DNA of 64,000 bases from the NCBI GenBank assembly GCA_002747745.1, contig PDQG01000008.1, positions 13,661 to 77,660 of the forward strand, written 5' to 3'. A model generated the notes under the pieces. It was not told the origin of the DNA. It did not search any database and saw only the letters and a list, made by a program, of their open reading frames with translations. Origin of the DNA: a bacterium DOLZORAL124_38_8. Its GTDB lineage: Bacteria; Patescibacteriota; Gracilibacteria; UBA4473. The translations under genes were made by a program, and so were the position numbers. Positions 1-10,121 of this stretch are shown piece after piece; the first letter of the stretch is position 1; every line of letters starts with the position of its first letter.

Positions 1-1
1 C

Positions 2-706
2 GTGCAAGCGAATTTGCGGTTTGTAGTATCCGTGGCTAAGCCATATCAAAATGTAGGAGTAGATTTGATGGATTTAATTAGTGAAGGAAACAATGGACTT
101 ATTAAAGCTGCAAAAGAATTTGATGAAACACGAGGGAATAAATTTATATCCTATGCAGTGTATTGGGTACGGGCTGAAATTTATAAGGCAATTCAGAGTA
201 CATCTAAGACGATACGTTTGAAAGGTGGTCGTTTGAATAATTATATAGGTAAATATTCAAAAATAGTAGAGAAATTTAGGCAAGAATATGGGAGGGAGCC
301 CTCATTGATAGAAGTGGCAGAGGAGTTGAAAGTACCGATTGATACAGTACAAGATATCATAAGAATTCCTAAAAAAGGAGTTTCTTTTGATTCTCCATTC
401 AATAATGACGGAGACAATACCTTGTTGAACATATTTCCAGATAAAAATTCGCCAGTACCAGATGAGGAATTAATGCAATCGTCTTTAGGAACAGATTTAG
501 GTCGTGTGTTGTCTGTGTTGACTGATGAGCGAGAGAAGTTTGTTATTAAAGCATTCTTTGGAATAGGAACCGAAGCAATGAGTTTAGAAGAAATTGCTAA
601 AAAGTTTGGTTTTACAAGAGAAAGGGCTCGTCAAATTAAGGCAACAGCACTTAAACGTTTGCAAAAATCACCTGAAATCGGTTTACTCAAAAAGTATTTG
701 GGATAG
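2..706 (+). CDS. Sigma-70 family RNA polymerase sigma factor (RpoD/SigA-like), 5'-truncated by window edge
   Basis: Region 2 'ANLRFVVSVAK..DLISEGNNGLIKAAKEFDETRG.KFISYAV', region 3 'GREPS..EVAEEL', region 4 'SLEEIA..FGFTRERARQI'. Confidence 0.9.
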   Translation: MQANLRFVVSVAKPYQNVGVDLMDLISEGNNGLIKAAKEFDETRGNKFISYAVYWVRAEIYKAIQSTSKTIRLKGGRLNNYIGKYSKIVEKFRQEYGREPSLIEVAEELKVPIDTVQDIIRIPKKGVSFDSPFNNDGDNTLLNIFPDKNSPVPDEELMQSSLGTDLGRVLSVLTDEREKFVIKAFFGIGTEAMSLEEIAKKFGFTRERARQIKATALKRLQKSPEIGLLKKYLG

Positions 707-769
707 CTTTCTGAAACGTAATAAAAAATCAGACTATTAAAATATTTGGTGAAAGGGGGGAAGAAACCT

Positions 770-1219
770 TTATAAATTTTGTTGAGCGAGATGTACTATT
801 TCGTTAATAATTTCGTGTGATTTTGTAGGGAAATGAATGATTTTGATTTCATTCTGGTTGGTGAATGTTTCGTTATTATCAGGGAACGCCTTTTGCAGTA
901 AAACAGCTATTCTATATTTTGTATTAATGAATTCTGCTAGCACTTCTCCAGCTTTGTGTCCGTTTTGCATCTTTTTTACTAGATCTTCACCCAGTGTTTT
1001 TATAAAAAAAGCTTTTGTTTCGTCATCTAAAGTGATAACGTTATCTATATAGGCCACTTGCTTTTCTCCTTTGGTGGATTCTTCTAATTTGTTAAAAAAA
1101 GCTTCTATATTTTTAGAAATTTCTAACTTTATTTTTTGCTTGTGTTTAAAAATTTCTGTCAAAGAAGTGTCAGTTCGACCTTCGTCACTCGGTAGATATA
1201 AAACTTTTATTTCACACAT
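770..1219 (-). CDS. Hypothetical protein
   Basis: 149-aa ORF with upstream TTGACT-N17-TATAAA promoter-like element; no recognisable motif. Confidence 0.55.
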   Translation of the reverse strand: MCEIKVLYLPSDEGRTDTSLTEIFKHKQKIKLEISKNIEAFFNKLEESTKGEKQVAYIDNVITLDDETKAFFIKTLGEDLVKKMQNGHKAGEVLAEFINTKYRIAVLLQKAFPDNNETFTNQNEIKIIHFPTKSHEIINEIVHLAQQNL

Positions 1220-1310
1220 TTGCTTAGTGTTAAGAAGCGATATATTATCATTTTTATAAATTAAAACTTGGAAAAAGTCAAATTGGTGGATAATTTTCAG
1301 TTTTGATGTA

Positions 1311-1345
1311 CATAAAAAAATCTCGCTTTAGCGAGATTTTTTATG
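1311..1345. terminator. Bidirectional intrinsic terminator after topA
   Basis: cataaaaaaatctcgc-ttta-gcgagattttttatg inverted repeat with A/T tails. Confidence 0.8.
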
Positions 1346-1346
1346 C

Positions 1347-3827
1347 TTATTTTTTCTTATTTGTTTTTTTCTTTTTCATTTCCAATACTTTTTGAGCCTT
1401 TTCAAGGGTAAACTGGCTGACATCAACCGTTTTATCTAATTCTATTTTTGTTTTTCCTTGAATTAAACTGTGTCGTCCCCAACGAGCCTTTTCAATTCGG
1501 ATACCAGCCTCTTCCCAATTATGAACGACTTTTTCCCGTTCTTTTTTCTTTTTGTCTTCAATTAATTCTTTGATATCTTCCTGAGTCAAATTATCAAAAT
1601 CGTATTTCTTGTTCACATTAATAAACATCCCATTCCATTTAATATACGGACCAAATCGTCCGACATTTTTTTGGACTGGAAACCCTTCGTATTCTGCAAT
1701 GGGAGCATCGGCTTGTTTTTTGGCATTTACCAACTCAATCGCGGTTTCTAAGCTGACCGTCATTGGGTTTTCGTCTTTGGGCAATGAGACATATTTTCCG
1801 TCAAATTTAATATACGGACCAAATCGTCCATTATTCGCCACAATTTCTTCTCCTTCTGGCGTGTGTCCAACGACCCGTGGCAACGTAAACAAGGCCAAAG
1901 CTTCTTCTAGCGAGATAGATTTTACACCTAGATTTGAAGGAATAGAAGCAAAGGTTGGTTTTTCTTCATCATCTTTGGTTCCAATTTGAATCATAGGGCC
2001 GAACCGTCCAATACGGGCAAAGACGGGTTTTCCACTCTTAGGGTCGGTTCCAAGTTCTCGCATTTGAGTGGCTTCGGATCGAGAAATATCGGCCGATTTT
2101 TCTACGATAGCGTGGAACGGATCATAAAACTCTTTAATCATTTGGTTCCAGACAATTTTTCCCGTAGCGACTTCATCAAACTGACCTTCGACTTTTCGGG
2201 TAAACCCATAATCAACAATATTTTCAAAATTATGAATCAAAAAATCGGTTACGACTTCTCCTAACGGAGTCGCAAAAATTTTATTTTTCTCTTTTCCGGT
2301 AATTTCCGTTTTTTCTTTCTGTGTAATTTCATCATTTTTTAGGGTCAACACCTGATAAGTTCGTTCGTGACCCTCTTTGCTCGCTTTTTCAATATAGTTT
2401 CGATGAATAATAGTCGAAATAGTTGGGGCGTAGGTAGACGGACGACCAATTCCTTCTTCTTCGAGTTTTTTTACCAATGAGGCTTCTGTAAATCGTGCTG
2501 GTGGACGGCTGAATGTTTCTCGAGCGGTCATTTCAGCTAATTTCAAAATTTGTCCTTCTTTGATTGGGGGAAGCATTTTTTTTGCCAATGGATCTTCGGC
2601 TTCGTCGTCATCAGATCCTTCAAAGTAAACTTCTAAGAATCCAGCAAATTTTACCATTTCTCCTTGGGCTTTTAATACTTCTTGATTCGTAGAAACTTCA
2701 ATTTGTGCGGTTGTTTTTTCGAGTTTGGCGTCAGCCATTTGTCCAGCAATGGTTCGTTTCCAAATCAACTCATAGAGCCGTTTTTGGTTCGTATCGGCTC
2801 CAGCGGTTGTGTCGCTAAAATCAGTTGGACGAATGGCTTCATGCGCTTCTTGGGCGTCGGCGTTTTTGGTTTTGAATTTTCGAGTTTGGGCGTATTCCGG
2901 TCCGTATTTTGATTCAATCGTTTTTTTTGCCGCAGCTAAGGCTTGCTCCGAAAGATTGGTCGAATCGGTACGCATATACGTAATTTTTCCCGCTTCGTAT
3001 AGTTTTTGTGCTACCATCATGGTTTGTTTTACACTGAACCCAAGTTTTCGGCTGGCTTCTTGTTGCAGAGTTGAGGTGGTAAATGGGGCAGCGGGAGATT
3101 TTTTGGCTGGTTTAGTTTCGAGTGATTGTACTCGGTAATCAGCGCCGATACATTCGGTTAAGAATTTTTCGGCCTTGGCTTTTGACGGAAATTTTTTTCC
3201 ATATTCGGCTTTGAGCATTTTGCCGTCTCCTAAATCAAACTCGGCTACAAGACGGAATGTTCCTTTGGCGGCGTGTGCTTCAATCGCTCGTTCTCGTTCG
3301 ACCACAATTCGGACGGCCACACTTTGTACTCGTCCAGCACTTAGCCCAGTTTGTACTTTTTTCCACAATACAGGTGATAATTCGTATCCTACTAATCGGT
3401 CGAGTACTCGGCGGGCCTGTTGGGCGTCTACCAAATTTTGATCAACGGTTCGAGGGGCTTTGACGGCGGCGGTAATAGCGGGTTTGGTAATTTCGTGAAA
3501 CACAATTCGTTTCGTTTTTTTGGGGTCTAAATTCAGAGCATGACATACATGCCAAGCAATGGCTTCTCCTTCGCGGTCTTCATCGGCGGCTAGCCAAACT
3601 TCTTTGCCTTTCGCGGCTCGTTTAAGCTCGCTTACGACTCGTTTTTTATCGTCATTAATTTCGTAATGTGGGGTAAATAATCCACTTTCTATATCAATGT
3701 TCATGCCTTTGCTGGGCAGGTCTCGGATGTGTCCAAAACTTGATTTTACGGTAAAATCAGAACCTAAAAATTTCTCAATGGTTTTGGCTTTGGCAGGAGA
3801 CTCTACAATCACTAAATTCTTACTCAT
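1347..3827 (-). CDS. topA: DNA topoisomerase I with C-terminal GRFGPY-type repeats
   Basis: 'LVIVESPAKAKTI', 'DEDREGEAIAWH', 'SAGRVQS', 'ITYMRTDS', 'AQEAHEAIRPT'. Confidence 0.98.
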   Translation of the reverse strand: MSKNLVIVESPAKAKTIEKFLGSDFTVKSSFGHIRDLPSKGMNIDIESGLFTPHYEINDDKKRVVSELKRAAKGKEVWLAADEDREGEAIAWHVCHALNLDPKKTKRIVFHEITKPAITAAVKAPRTVDQNLVDAQQARRVLDRLVGYELSPVLWKKVQTGLSAGRVQSVAVRIVVERERAIEAHAAKGTFRLVAEFDLGDGKMLKAEYGKKFPSKAKAEKFLTECIGADYRVQSLETKPAKKSPAAPFTTSTLQQEASRKLGFSVKQTMMVAQKLYEAGKITYMRTDSTNLSEQALAAAKKTIESKYGPEYAQTRKFKTKNADAQEAHEAIRPTDFSDTTAGADTNQKRLYELIWKRTIAGQMADAKLEKTTAQIEVSTNQEVLKAQGEMVKFAGFLEVYFEGSDDDEAEDPLAKKMLPPIKEGQILKLAEMTARETFSRPPARFTEASLVKKLEEEGIGRPSTYAPTISTIIHRNYIEKASKEGHERTYQVLTLKNDEITQKEKTEITGKEKNKIFATPLGEVVTDFLIHNFENIVDYGFTRKVEGQFDEVATGKIVWNQMIKEFYDPFHAIVEKSADISRSEATQMRELGTDPKSGKPVFARIGRFGPMIQIGTKDDEEKPTFASIPSNLGVKSISLEEALALFTLPRVVGHTPEGEEIVANNGRFGPYIKFDGKYVSLPKDENPMTVSLETAIELVNAKKQADAPIAEYEGFPVQKNVGRFGPYIKWNGMFINVNKKYDFDNLTQEDIKELIEDKKKKEREKVVHNWEEAGIRIEKARWGRHSLIQGKTKIELDKTVDVSQFTLEKAQKVLEMKKKKTNKKK

Positions 3828-3964
3828 TATTATATGGCTACAAATATTTCAAAACGAGTGTAAGTAAAAATATTTCTCTTGGCAAAATTTAATGTGTTTT
3901 AGAAAATAATTTGCATTTTCAGAAAAACATTTTATAATAATTTTGTTTTTAAATAGATTTTCTT

Positions 3965-4270
3965 ATGGAAAGTGTAAATGAGAATTTAGTTGATATACCG
4001 ACCACATTAAAGGAATTAATTAAATTTTGTAAAAAATGTCCCAAAAGTGTTTCGAATATTAATGATGGCGGATTTTATTCTGATAAAGATATAGTATGGG
4101 TTTTTAAACACATTGATGAGAAATTGTTAAATGAATTCTTTGATAAACACACTCAAAAAGCTCTTGAGATTCAAGCAGTAAGTGAAATATTTGGGGAAGT
4201 GGCCAAGCGGTTGAAAGAGCCGGTGTATAAAAAAGCACTTGCGGCATATGTAAGAAGAATAGCGGTTTGA
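3965..4270 (+). CDS. Hypothetical protein
   Basis: 101-aa ORF after AT-rich promoter-like region. Confidence 0.55.
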   Translation: MESVNENLVDIPTTLKELIKFCKKCPKSVSNINDGGFYSDKDIVWVFKHIDEKLLNEFFDKHTQKALEIQAVSEIFGEVAKRLKEPVYKKALAAYVRRIAV

Positions 4271-4905
4271 ATATGAATGACTATCGAGAATCGCCGTATA
4301 AAGGAAATTTTTATAAGGAGATATTAGGGGCATTGAATTTATTAGAAACGGGGGATGGAATTAATGACACAATTGAGGTTTACCTTTTTTTGAAGGAAGT
4401 ATTTAAAAAAGTTGAATTGGTGTTATATGGAGTTTGTACTCCCGATTCAGTTTTTCGTTCAGAAAAATTCTCAATCGAATATTTAGACCAATATATAGAA
4501 ATAATGGTTAATAGAATTGTTTTTTTAATAGAGAATAAATTTCTTTCTGATGTGGATTTGTTTACTAAATTTATGGAGGTTGCAATTGATATGAAATATT
4601 ACTCTTTGAAAAAATCTTTATCTCAATCGGATGTTTTAATCAAAGATTCGGTTATTCAAATCGAAAATGCTCGTATTTCTGATTTGGCAGATTCTGAAAG
4701 AGCTATTAATGATTTTCTGAAGAAATATCAATTTAACCGTGAAGATGTAGAGGTAATTCACCATAAAAAAACAGCGGACTACCCAATTTTGACCAGAAAT
4801 TTACTGATTAAGGCTCCTACCCTAGATATTTTACGATGTAAAGAAGATTTAGTGCATGCGGTTGAATCGGGGAAAGAAGCGTTTTTGGTTTTGGTGAGTG
4901 AATAA
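4267..4905 (+). CDS. Hypothetical protein (start TTG 4267 or ATG 4273)
   Basis: 212-aa ORF abutting the previous ORF. Confidence 0.6.
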   Translation: MNMNDYRESPYKGNFYKEILGALNLLETGDGINDTIEVYLFLKEVFKKVELVLYGVCTPDSVFRSEKFSIEYLDQYIEIMVNRIVFLIENKFLSDVDLFTKFMEVAIDMKYYSLKKSLSQSDVLIKDSVIQIENARISDLADSERAINDFLKKYQFNREDVEVIHHKKTADYPILTRNLLIKAPTLDILRCKEDLVHAVESGKEAFLVLVSE

Positions 4906-4925
4906 AATATGGTTGATTATTTCTA

Positions 4926-4953
4926 TTGCATTTTATTATTTTTTTGTTATAAT
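4926..4953 (+). promoter_or_regulatory. Sigma-70-like promoter
   Basis: TTGCAT-N16-TATAAT with TGn extended -10. Confidence 0.55.
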
Positions 4954-5129
4954 ATAAATATATTTGTTTAATGTGTTATTTTTAATCAATGGATTATAAA
5001 ATAATTTCTTGGACGAATATTGGTTCTTTTTAGTTCGTGTTGAGGCCTTTATGAGGGCTTCTTTTAGGAATGTTCATAAAGGCATCAAGAGTTGGTGCCA
5101 TTAAATCTCAAAACAAATTAACTAAAATT

Positions 5130-5369
5130 ATGAGTACTTTGAATTTAACGACAGAAGTGAAAAATTGGATGATATTTCTAATGTTTTCAATGATTTTTGG
5201 GACGCCACTTGTAATGTGGTGTTTCGAAGCAATTGAGATACCTGCAATGTTGGTTTTCATTGTTGGGGTATTAGCATCTTTCTCGGCAGGAATGTTCTTA
5301 TTTTTTTCTCTCGTTCTCTGGGACGAAAAAATAAGAAAAAACAGAAGAACCGAGCATCAAATATTTTAA
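5130..5369 (+). CDS. Small two-TM membrane protein (79 aa from ATG 5130)
   Basis: Two hydrophobic stretches and a basic C-terminus; A-rich upstream context. Confidence 0.6.
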   Translation: MSTLNLTTEVKNWMIFLMFSMIFGTPLVMWCFEAIEIPAMLVFIVGVLASFSAGMFLFFSLVLWDEKIRKNRRTEHQIF

Positions 5370-5505
5370 CTCAATAGAGTATGAATATTTGTGCACCTAC
5401 CTTGGAGTGATTTTATTGCTCCAAGGTTTTTTCGAAAAATAAAATTTATAACTATTTGTTTAAACGTCTTGTAAGTTAGGAGGGAAGATGTAAATAATTA
5501 CTATT

Positions 5506-6342
5506 TTAAACTTTCACATTTTTCTGAAAGTTTTTGGTAATTTCAATCCAATCTTCGATGGTTAAATCTTCGGCTCGTAGGTTTTCGTTAACGGTTCCCA
5601 TTAATAGGCTTGGCGACACGCCAAAATATTTTCCAATTGAGTTGCCGAGTTTTTTTCGTTTTTCGTGGAATCCAGCATTAACCACGGTAAAAAAATCCGT
5701 CTCCATGTCAGCAGGAACCAGTGGCGTCTCTCGGGTTACTAATTTGATAATTGCCGAATCAACTTTGGGTGACGGATCAAAATGTTCTCGTCCAACCACA
5801 AAACATAGTTTAGCGGTGGCGTAAATTTCTACCGAGATTGACAAAATAGATCGTTTTTGTTTGCCTTTTTTTATTTTCGGGCAGATTTTTTCGGCGACTT
5901 CTTTTTGTACCATTAAAATGGTTTGTTGTGGTTTATTTCTGGTTTCAGATAATAATTTTCGAATAATAGGAGAGGTAATATGGTACGGAATATTAGCAAT
6001 TACTGAATATTTTTTTTGTTCATATCTTTGGTCCAAGTCTTCGTGTAAAATCGAACCTTCTACTAATGTGAACGAAGGGGCTTCATCAACTGGACGATTG
6101 ATGTATTGTGCGAACTTTTTGGTTAAAATTGGGTACACTCGGTTGTCTAGTTCAACAGCGGTTAATCGGGCCTTGGCGTCTATTAACGCTTCGGTTAAAA
6201 ACCCAAGTCCGGGTCCAACTTCTAAAATTTCTTGTCCGCTAATATCACCCGCTTCTTCTAAAATTTGGTCTCGAAACTTAGTAGAAGTTAAGAAATTCTG
6301 ACCGAGGTCTTTTTTGGCAAATTTGGCTTGGTTTTTAATCAT
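5506..6342 (-). CDS. rsmA: 16S rRNA m6,2A dimethyltransferase RsmA/KsgA
   Basis: 'KKDLGQNFL', 'LEVGPGLG', 'ANIPYHITSPI', 'MVQKEVA', 'P.PKVDSA'. Confidence 0.97.
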   Translation of the reverse strand: MIKNQAKFAKKDLGQNFLTSTKFRDQILEEAGDISGQEILEVGPGLGFLTEALIDAKARLTAVELDNRVYPILTKKFAQYINRPVDEAPSFTLVEGSILHEDLDQRYEQKKYSVIANIPYHITSPIIRKLLSETRNKPQQTILMVQKEVAEKICPKIKKGKQKRSILSISVEIYATAKLCFVVGREHFDPSPKVDSAIIKLVTRETPLVPADMETDFFTVVNAGFHEKRKKLGNSIGKYFGVSPSLLMGTVNENLRAEDLTIEDWIEITKNFQKNVKV

Positions 6343-6641
6343 TTTTTGAGTGAAATAATTTTGTGAGAACTCGTGTGTCCTGTTTGGATGGTTGCGTGGG
6401 CTTTAAAGTATTTGCTGATAAATTTTTCAATTACGGTATTGGCTTTGCCATTTTCCGGTTTGGCTTTGATTTTTATTTTTACGGTAGGTGGTTCGGTGGG
6501 TAATAACTCGTGCCATAAGTTTTTTGGTGCTGACGCTATTACTTTTATGGCAAGGCTGGTTTTGCCTTTGGTGTTAAGTTCTTCTCTTTTTTGATCCAAA
6601 AAAGTGTTCAATTTATTTTCCATTTGTTTTCTGGTCAACAA
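6339..6641 (-). CDS. DUF167 (YggU-like) protein
   Basis: 'KIKIKAKPENGKAN..I..FISKYF..I.TGHTSSHK'. Confidence 0.85.
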   Translation of the reverse strand: MLTRKQMENKLNTFLDQKREELNTKGKTSLAIKVIASAPKNLWHELLPTEPPTVKIKIKAKPENGKANTVIEKFISKYFKAHATIQTGHTSSHKIISLKK

Positions 6642-7380
6642 TTTTCCAAACTAATCCGACGAGAATCATGATAAAACATAGTACTTGTCCCGTTTTAAAA
6701 CCAGCTATGTAACCCGGTGATTCTTTCCAAAATTCGACTACGAATCGGAAGACTCCATATCCAACCAAAAAGGCTTGTGTCAGCGTGCCTTTTTTTAACG
6801 GGATGTATTTCCAAAATCCGTATAAAATGCTACACAATAAAAACATACTGGCTGATTCATATAATTGAACGGGGTGTCTGAGTAATTCATCGACGTGTGG
6901 AAAAACCACGCCCCAGTTGGTGTTGGTCGGAATACCAACGATTTCTCCGTTAATAAAATTGGCTATTCGTCCGAGTCCAATAACGGCCGATAGGGGAACC
7001 ACCAACGCGTCAAAAATGGTTATGACCGAGCGTTTTTGTTTTTGGCTCCAAAAATATAGGGCGATAAGGGCCCCTAAAAATCCGCCGTGCATACTGAGTC
7101 CACCTTGCCAGATTTTTATTATTTCTATCGGGTGAGTCCAAAAAGTACGAGGACTATAAAACAAAAATTCGCCGAGCCGTCCACCGATAATACCAAATAA
7201 GAACGTATAAAAACAAGCGTCTTCCCATTGGGGACGGGTGAGGGGATGGTTGGAATTTTGACTAAGAATACGCCATCCAAAGTGTTGAACGATGAAAAAT
7301 CCGACCAAATAAATAATACCGTACCAACGTACAGGCCAGCCAAATATTTCAAACGCAACAGGGTCTATGTTCCAAATCAT
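6613..7380 (-). CDS. lgt: Prolipoprotein diacylglyceryl transferase
   Basis: 'IDPVAF..VRWYG', 'IWQGGLSMHGG', 'GRIANFINGE', 'RHPVQLYE'; ATG at 7380 overlaps the upstream TGA. Confidence 0.97.
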   Translation of the reverse strand: MIWNIDPVAFEIFGWPVRWYGIIYLVGFFIVQHFGWRILSQNSNHPLTRPQWEDACFYTFLFGIIGGRLGEFLFYSPRTFWTHPIEIIKIWQGGLSMHGGFLGALIALYFWSQKQKRSVITIFDALVVPLSAVIGLGRIANFINGEIVGIPTNTNWGVVFPHVDELLRHPVQLYESASMFLLCSILYGFWKYIPLKKGTLTQAFLVGYGVFRFVVEFWKESPGYIAGFKTGQVLCFIMILVGLVWKIVDQKTNGK

Positions 7381-8024
7381 TTTTGGAAGAGTGGGAGTTT
7401 GGTAAACGGTTTTATGCCTCTTAAGAAGAAGGCTTTCCAAAGTCCTCGGTTCCATTTTTGGGCTTCGGTGTTGTACAGCGTTTGGAGTTCAATCAATTTT
7501 TGATCGATAAATTCTAAATCACTTACCACTTTTTTCAGTCTTGGGTTTTTGTCTAATTCACCTTGTTTTTCTAGTTGTTCAAAAAAATTGTACAATATTC
7601 GAGAAACGGTCTCTTCTACTTCGAGTCGTTGGCTCAAATTTTTAGTAAGTGAGATGTTTTGACAGTTTTGTCTGATTTGAATGAGTTGAGCTTGTTGTTC
7701 CGCTGAAATTGCCCCATTTTTTTGAGCCAGAGAGATGACCAATGGAATCATCATTTGTCGTTTTGATAAGAAAAACAACAGAAATTTCCAAGCTTTCTCG
7801 ATTTTTCTTCGGTCGCGGGCTTTGCGGTTAAATTGGAGTTTCAAAAATATCAAAATCAGTACCAACAAAAAAAACTTTGGGAAATGTTCGTCAATAAAAT
7901 CAGGAATAGCAAACACCCAATCGGGGAAGATTTCGTGCATTTTGTCACTAAAAGTTTTTACTTTTAGATGACTAGGAAGTGGTTTACTATGAACGGAACC
8001 GTCATGAAAGTTTAATCGGCTCAT
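7377..8024 (-). CDS. LemA-like membrane-anchored protein
   Basis: TM helix, then 'KRQMMIPLV' and 'L..IDQKL....LYNTEAQKWN' resembling the LemA pattern. Confidence 0.55.
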   Translation of the reverse strand: MSRLNFHDGSVHSKPLPSHLKVKTFSDKMHEIFPDWVFAIPDFIDEHFPKFFLLVLILIFLKLQFNRKARDRRKIEKAWKFLLFFLSKRQMMIPLVISLAQKNGAISAEQQAQLIQIRQNCQNISLTKNLSQRLEVEETVSRILYNFFEQLEKQGELDKNPRLKKVVSDLEFIDQKLIELQTLYNTEAQKWNRGLWKAFFLRGIKPFTKLPLFQK

Positions 8025-8264
8025 GAGAGAATCGTTGATTCTAGAAACTTAAACGAACTATCCAAACTGGTTTTACTAAACTTTTTGGCAATTTCTTTTT
8101 GTATTTTCTTTTCGGAAAATCGTTTCGAAACCAAGTTTCTCGCATCAAATCGAAAATGAAAATTCAAAGATTTTTTCATATCAAATTCATTGTACGGCTC
8201 TTGTGTGGTCTGTAAAGTAGTTTTCTTGAGATGATTTTTATAAAAAAATACGTATACTAAAAAC

Positions 8265-9380
8265 ATGAAAAAAGATGGAGCTTTGATAAACGAAAAATTT
8301 GATGCGTTGTTGTCGTCATTTGCCCAAAAAAACGCCACGAGTTTGGGGCGACTGCACGCCGAAAATCCCGATCCACACCGAACGCCGTTTCAGCGAGATC
8401 GAGATCGAGTAATTCACGCTTCGGCATTTCGGCGATTGCGAGGGAAAACTCAAGTGGTATCGCCACAAAAAGGGGACCACTTTCGAAACCGATTAACGCA
8501 TACGCTAGAAGTATCGCAAATTGCGCGTGATATTGCTCGGCAATTAGGATTAAACGAGGATTTGGCGGAAACTATTGCTCTGGCACACGATTTAGGTCAT
8601 CCGCCCTTTGGACACGCTGGCGAAACAGCGTTGCACGAATGTTTGTTTGCGGCTACGGGTGATTCGTTTGAACATAATCAACAAAGTTTGCGGATTATTA
8701 ATGTGTTTGAGCCGCGGTATGCGGATTTTGAAGGGTTAAATCTTACGTGGGAAGTGCGAGAAGGTTTGAAAAAACACGATACAAAATTTATCCATCCAGT
8801 AACGGGTAAACGAATTTATTCACCGAGCTTGGAGTCGCAAGTGGTTGATGTGTCAGATGAAATTGCCTACCTTTCGGCTGATTTAGAAGACGCGTTGCGT
8901 GGGGGATTTATTAATATTCAAGACTTAAACCAAATAGAAATTTGTCGGCAAGTGTTGGCCAAAATTCCAGCTTCAGAACTCAGTTTTCGTCCAAGTTTGA
9001 TTCGTGGGGTGATGCGGTTATTAATTTCAGCCTTGGTTGAAAACATACAACAAAATTTAGCAACGAACCATATTCAAACGTTTGATGATGTTCAAAATTT
9101 CCAAGGAGGGCGATTGGCGGTCTTTGATCGCTCAATGTACAAAAAATTCCGTGCCTTAAAACAATTCCTTATGAAACACTACTATCGGGCTCCAAAAGTA
9201 ATGGATGTGACCAATCGTGGGCAAAAAATTATAAAATCTTTATTTGTTTTGCTCGAACAAACTCCAACTCTGATGCAAAATTTTGACCCACAAAAAGACA
9301 AGTACCAACAAATAGTTGATTTTATTGCGGGAATGACTGATAATTTTGCTGAAGATTTTTATAAAAATCATATTTCTTAA
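8265..9380 (+). CDS. dgt: dGTP triphosphohydrolase (HD family)
   Basis: 'RTPFQRDRDRVIHASAFRRL.GKTQV', 'RNRLTHTLEV', 'AHDLGHPPFGHAGE', 'DFIAGMTD'. Confidence 0.95.
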   Translation: MKKDGALINEKFDALLSSFAQKNATSLGRLHAENPDPHRTPFQRDRDRVIHASAFRRLRGKTQVVSPQKGDHFRNRLTHTLEVSQIARDIARQLGLNEDLAETIALAHDLGHPPFGHAGETALHECLFAATGDSFEHNQQSLRIINVFEPRYADFEGLNLTWEVREGLKKHDTKFIHPVTGKRIYSPSLESQVVDVSDEIAYLSADLEDALRGGFINIQDLNQIEICRQVLAKIPASELSFRPSLIRGVMRLLISALVENIQQNLATNHIQTFDDVQNFQGGRLAVFDRSMYKKFRALKQFLMKHYYRAPKVMDVTNRGQKIIKSLFVLLEQTPTLMQNFDPQKDKYQQIVDFIAGMTDNFAEDFYKNHIS

Positions 9381-9392
9381 GCTTCTTTTCTG

Positions 9393-9602
9393 ATGAAAAA
9401 AGAAACAATCCAAAATTTGAAAAAAAATATCGCTTTCGTGTTTTTAGCTCTTATTGTGCCATTTGTTGTGTTGGCGGTCTTATCAATTTGGGATTTTGTT
9501 GGCGCTGATGTTATCTGGAAGTCGGTTTCAACTATTTCTGTGTTGGCGGTGGCCACTTTATTAGCGGTGGGAGTATTAGCACTTGTAAACGATAAAAAAT
9601 AA
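9393..9602 (+). CDS. Small two-TM membrane protein
   Basis: 69 aa hydrophobic; TAATG coupling to purE. Confidence 0.65.
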   Translation: MKKETIQNLKKNIAFVFLALIVPFVVLAVLSIWDFVGADVIWKSVSTISVLAVATLLAVGVLALVNDKK

Positions 9603-10096
9603 TGAATAACGCAGTTCCATTGGTATCAATTATTATGGGAAGTACTTCGGATTTGCCCATAATGAAGCAGGCGGCGGAAATTTTACAAGAATTTGGCGTG
9701 CCTTACGAAATAGACATTGTGTCGGCGCATCGTACGCCACAAAAAATGTTTGATTTTGCCACTAACGCAGCTCAAAAAGGTCGCAAAGTTATTATTGCGG
9801 GTGCTGGTGGAGCGGCGCATTTGCCAGGTATGGTGGCTTCTATGACGACTTTGCCGGTTATTGGCGTGCCAGTTAAATCTCGCAATTCTATTGAAGGAAT
9901 TGATAGTTTGTTGTCGATTGTGCAAATGCCAGGAGGCGTTCCTGTAGCGACGGTTGCGATTGACGGAGCGAAAAATGCTGGAATTTTGGCGGCTAAGATT
10001 TTATCAGCTTTTGATGCAGATTTAGCACAAAAAGTGCAAAAATATATGGATGATATGCGGCAAAAGGTGTTAGACGCGGCGGAAAATTTAGAATAA
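9602..10096 (+). CDS. purE: N5-CAIR mutase PurE
   Basis: 'IIMGSTSD', 'VSAHRTP', '[12 protein letters not shown]', '[11 protein letters not shown]'. Confidence 0.98.
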   Translation: MNNAVPLVSIIMGSTSDLPIMKQAAEILQEFGVPYEIDIVSAHRTPQKMFDFATNAAQKGRKVIIAGAGGAAHLPGMVASMTTLPVIGVPVKSRNSIEGIDSLLSIVQMPGGVPVATVAIDGAKNAGILAAKILSAFDADLAQKVQKYMDDMRQKVLDAAENLE

Positions 10097-10121
10097 AATT
10101 TGTATACAAAAATAAAAAATA

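Noticed and set aside
3965..4905. Single gene split by a frameshift or programmed recoding
   Set aside because: The second ORF has its own ATG at 4273 just after the TGA, no slippery site is obvious, and homologs would be needed to decide.
8265..9380. Anti-phage dGTPase
   Set aside because: Sits in a housekeeping context with purE and looks like ordinary Dgt; nothing indicates a defence island.
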